Shown here in pieces: positions 63,401 to 64,000 of a DNA stretch of 64,000 nucleotides; position 1 is the stretch's first letter, and each line of letters starts with the position of its first letter. The notes under the pieces were generated by a model. It ran no database searches and had not been told where the DNA came from. It worked only from the letters and a program-made list of their open reading frames with translations. The DNA is from Heteronotia binoei (taxonomy: Eukaryota). Location of the stretch: NCBI RefSeq assembly GCF_032191835.1, contig NC_083237.1, forward strand, positions 23,498,001 through 23,562,000, read 5' to 3'. A program made the position numbers and the translations under genes.

Positions 63401-63693
63401 TAGTGAGTCCTACATCAAGACGTACTTATAGCTGAAAACAACCGCTGCTGTTTTTATGGACCAGGTGTGCAGATTCGTACAGTATGGCTTAGATGGCTTT
63501 TTGAAGGCTGTATTGGGAAAGAGTTAATATATTTGGAAGTTTGATAAAGAAGGGGAGCTTAGCCTTGATGCGGGGTAAATCCTGGTGTCTTGCTGTAGTA
63601 GTAGGTTGTCATTTACTTGGGTGCATAACAGTGGGTGAAAGTAGAAGCATGGTTGCTATGCCATGTGAAAAAATGATTTCTCTCTTCTTCCAG

Positions 63694-63770
63694 GGTCATC
63701 AATGGAGCCTCCAAGGACTGAATCTTAGTCCCGCCCATGTTGAGGTCTTCTTTCCAATGTTAGAATGGCA
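63694..63770 (+). other. Candidate 77-nt exon of an unidentified plus-strand gene continuing beyond the window
   Basis: ttctctcttcttccag acceptor and CA|gtaagc donor; no recognisable protein. Confidence 0.3.
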
Positions 63771-64000
63771 GTAAGCAGATACACCACATTTCTTTTGTAG
63801 TGACACAGTACTTTTACATCACTAGTCAAATTCCCCTGTGACTCTTCTCCAACTGGGACTAATGAGGAATGAAATATTTTTAGAAATAACTGTAGGAAGA
63901 CTTGGAAGCTAGATGTCCCAAACCAAATATTGTCACTCAGCAATGCAGATTGCTGTGGGAACATCTCATTGATGTCAAGCCATGATGTCAAGTCAGAGAA

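Overview
Vertebrate genomic DNA from a squamate reptile, probably a gecko, judged from the repeat content (tRNA-headed SINEs, CR1, L2, Penelope-like and hAT elements). I reconstructed four spliced genes by hand from GT/AG junctions with consistent phases; all are homologues of human 16p11.2 genes. MAZ is on the minus strand (394 aa; an alternative zinc-finger exon gives 416 aa). MVP is on the plus strand (16 coding exons, 843 aa). A small unannotated-looking plus-strand gene is read as the sperm fusion factor FIMP/C16orf92 (4 exons, 116 aa). TLCD3B/FAM57B is on the minus strand (5 exons, 284 aa) and has a second, paralogous N-terminal exon. CpG-island promoters lie at about 17.2-18.5, 20.0-20.45, 23.0-23.8 and 62.3-63.4 kb. 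The most notable observations are the reptile FIMP orthologue packed against the MVP 3' end, the alternative TLCD3B exon, an inverted pair of REST/RE1 sites, and Penelope-type hammerhead and palindrome relics. All gene names and comparisons with human sequences come from my recall of those proteins, not from a database search. Most ORFs in the supplied track are spurious.
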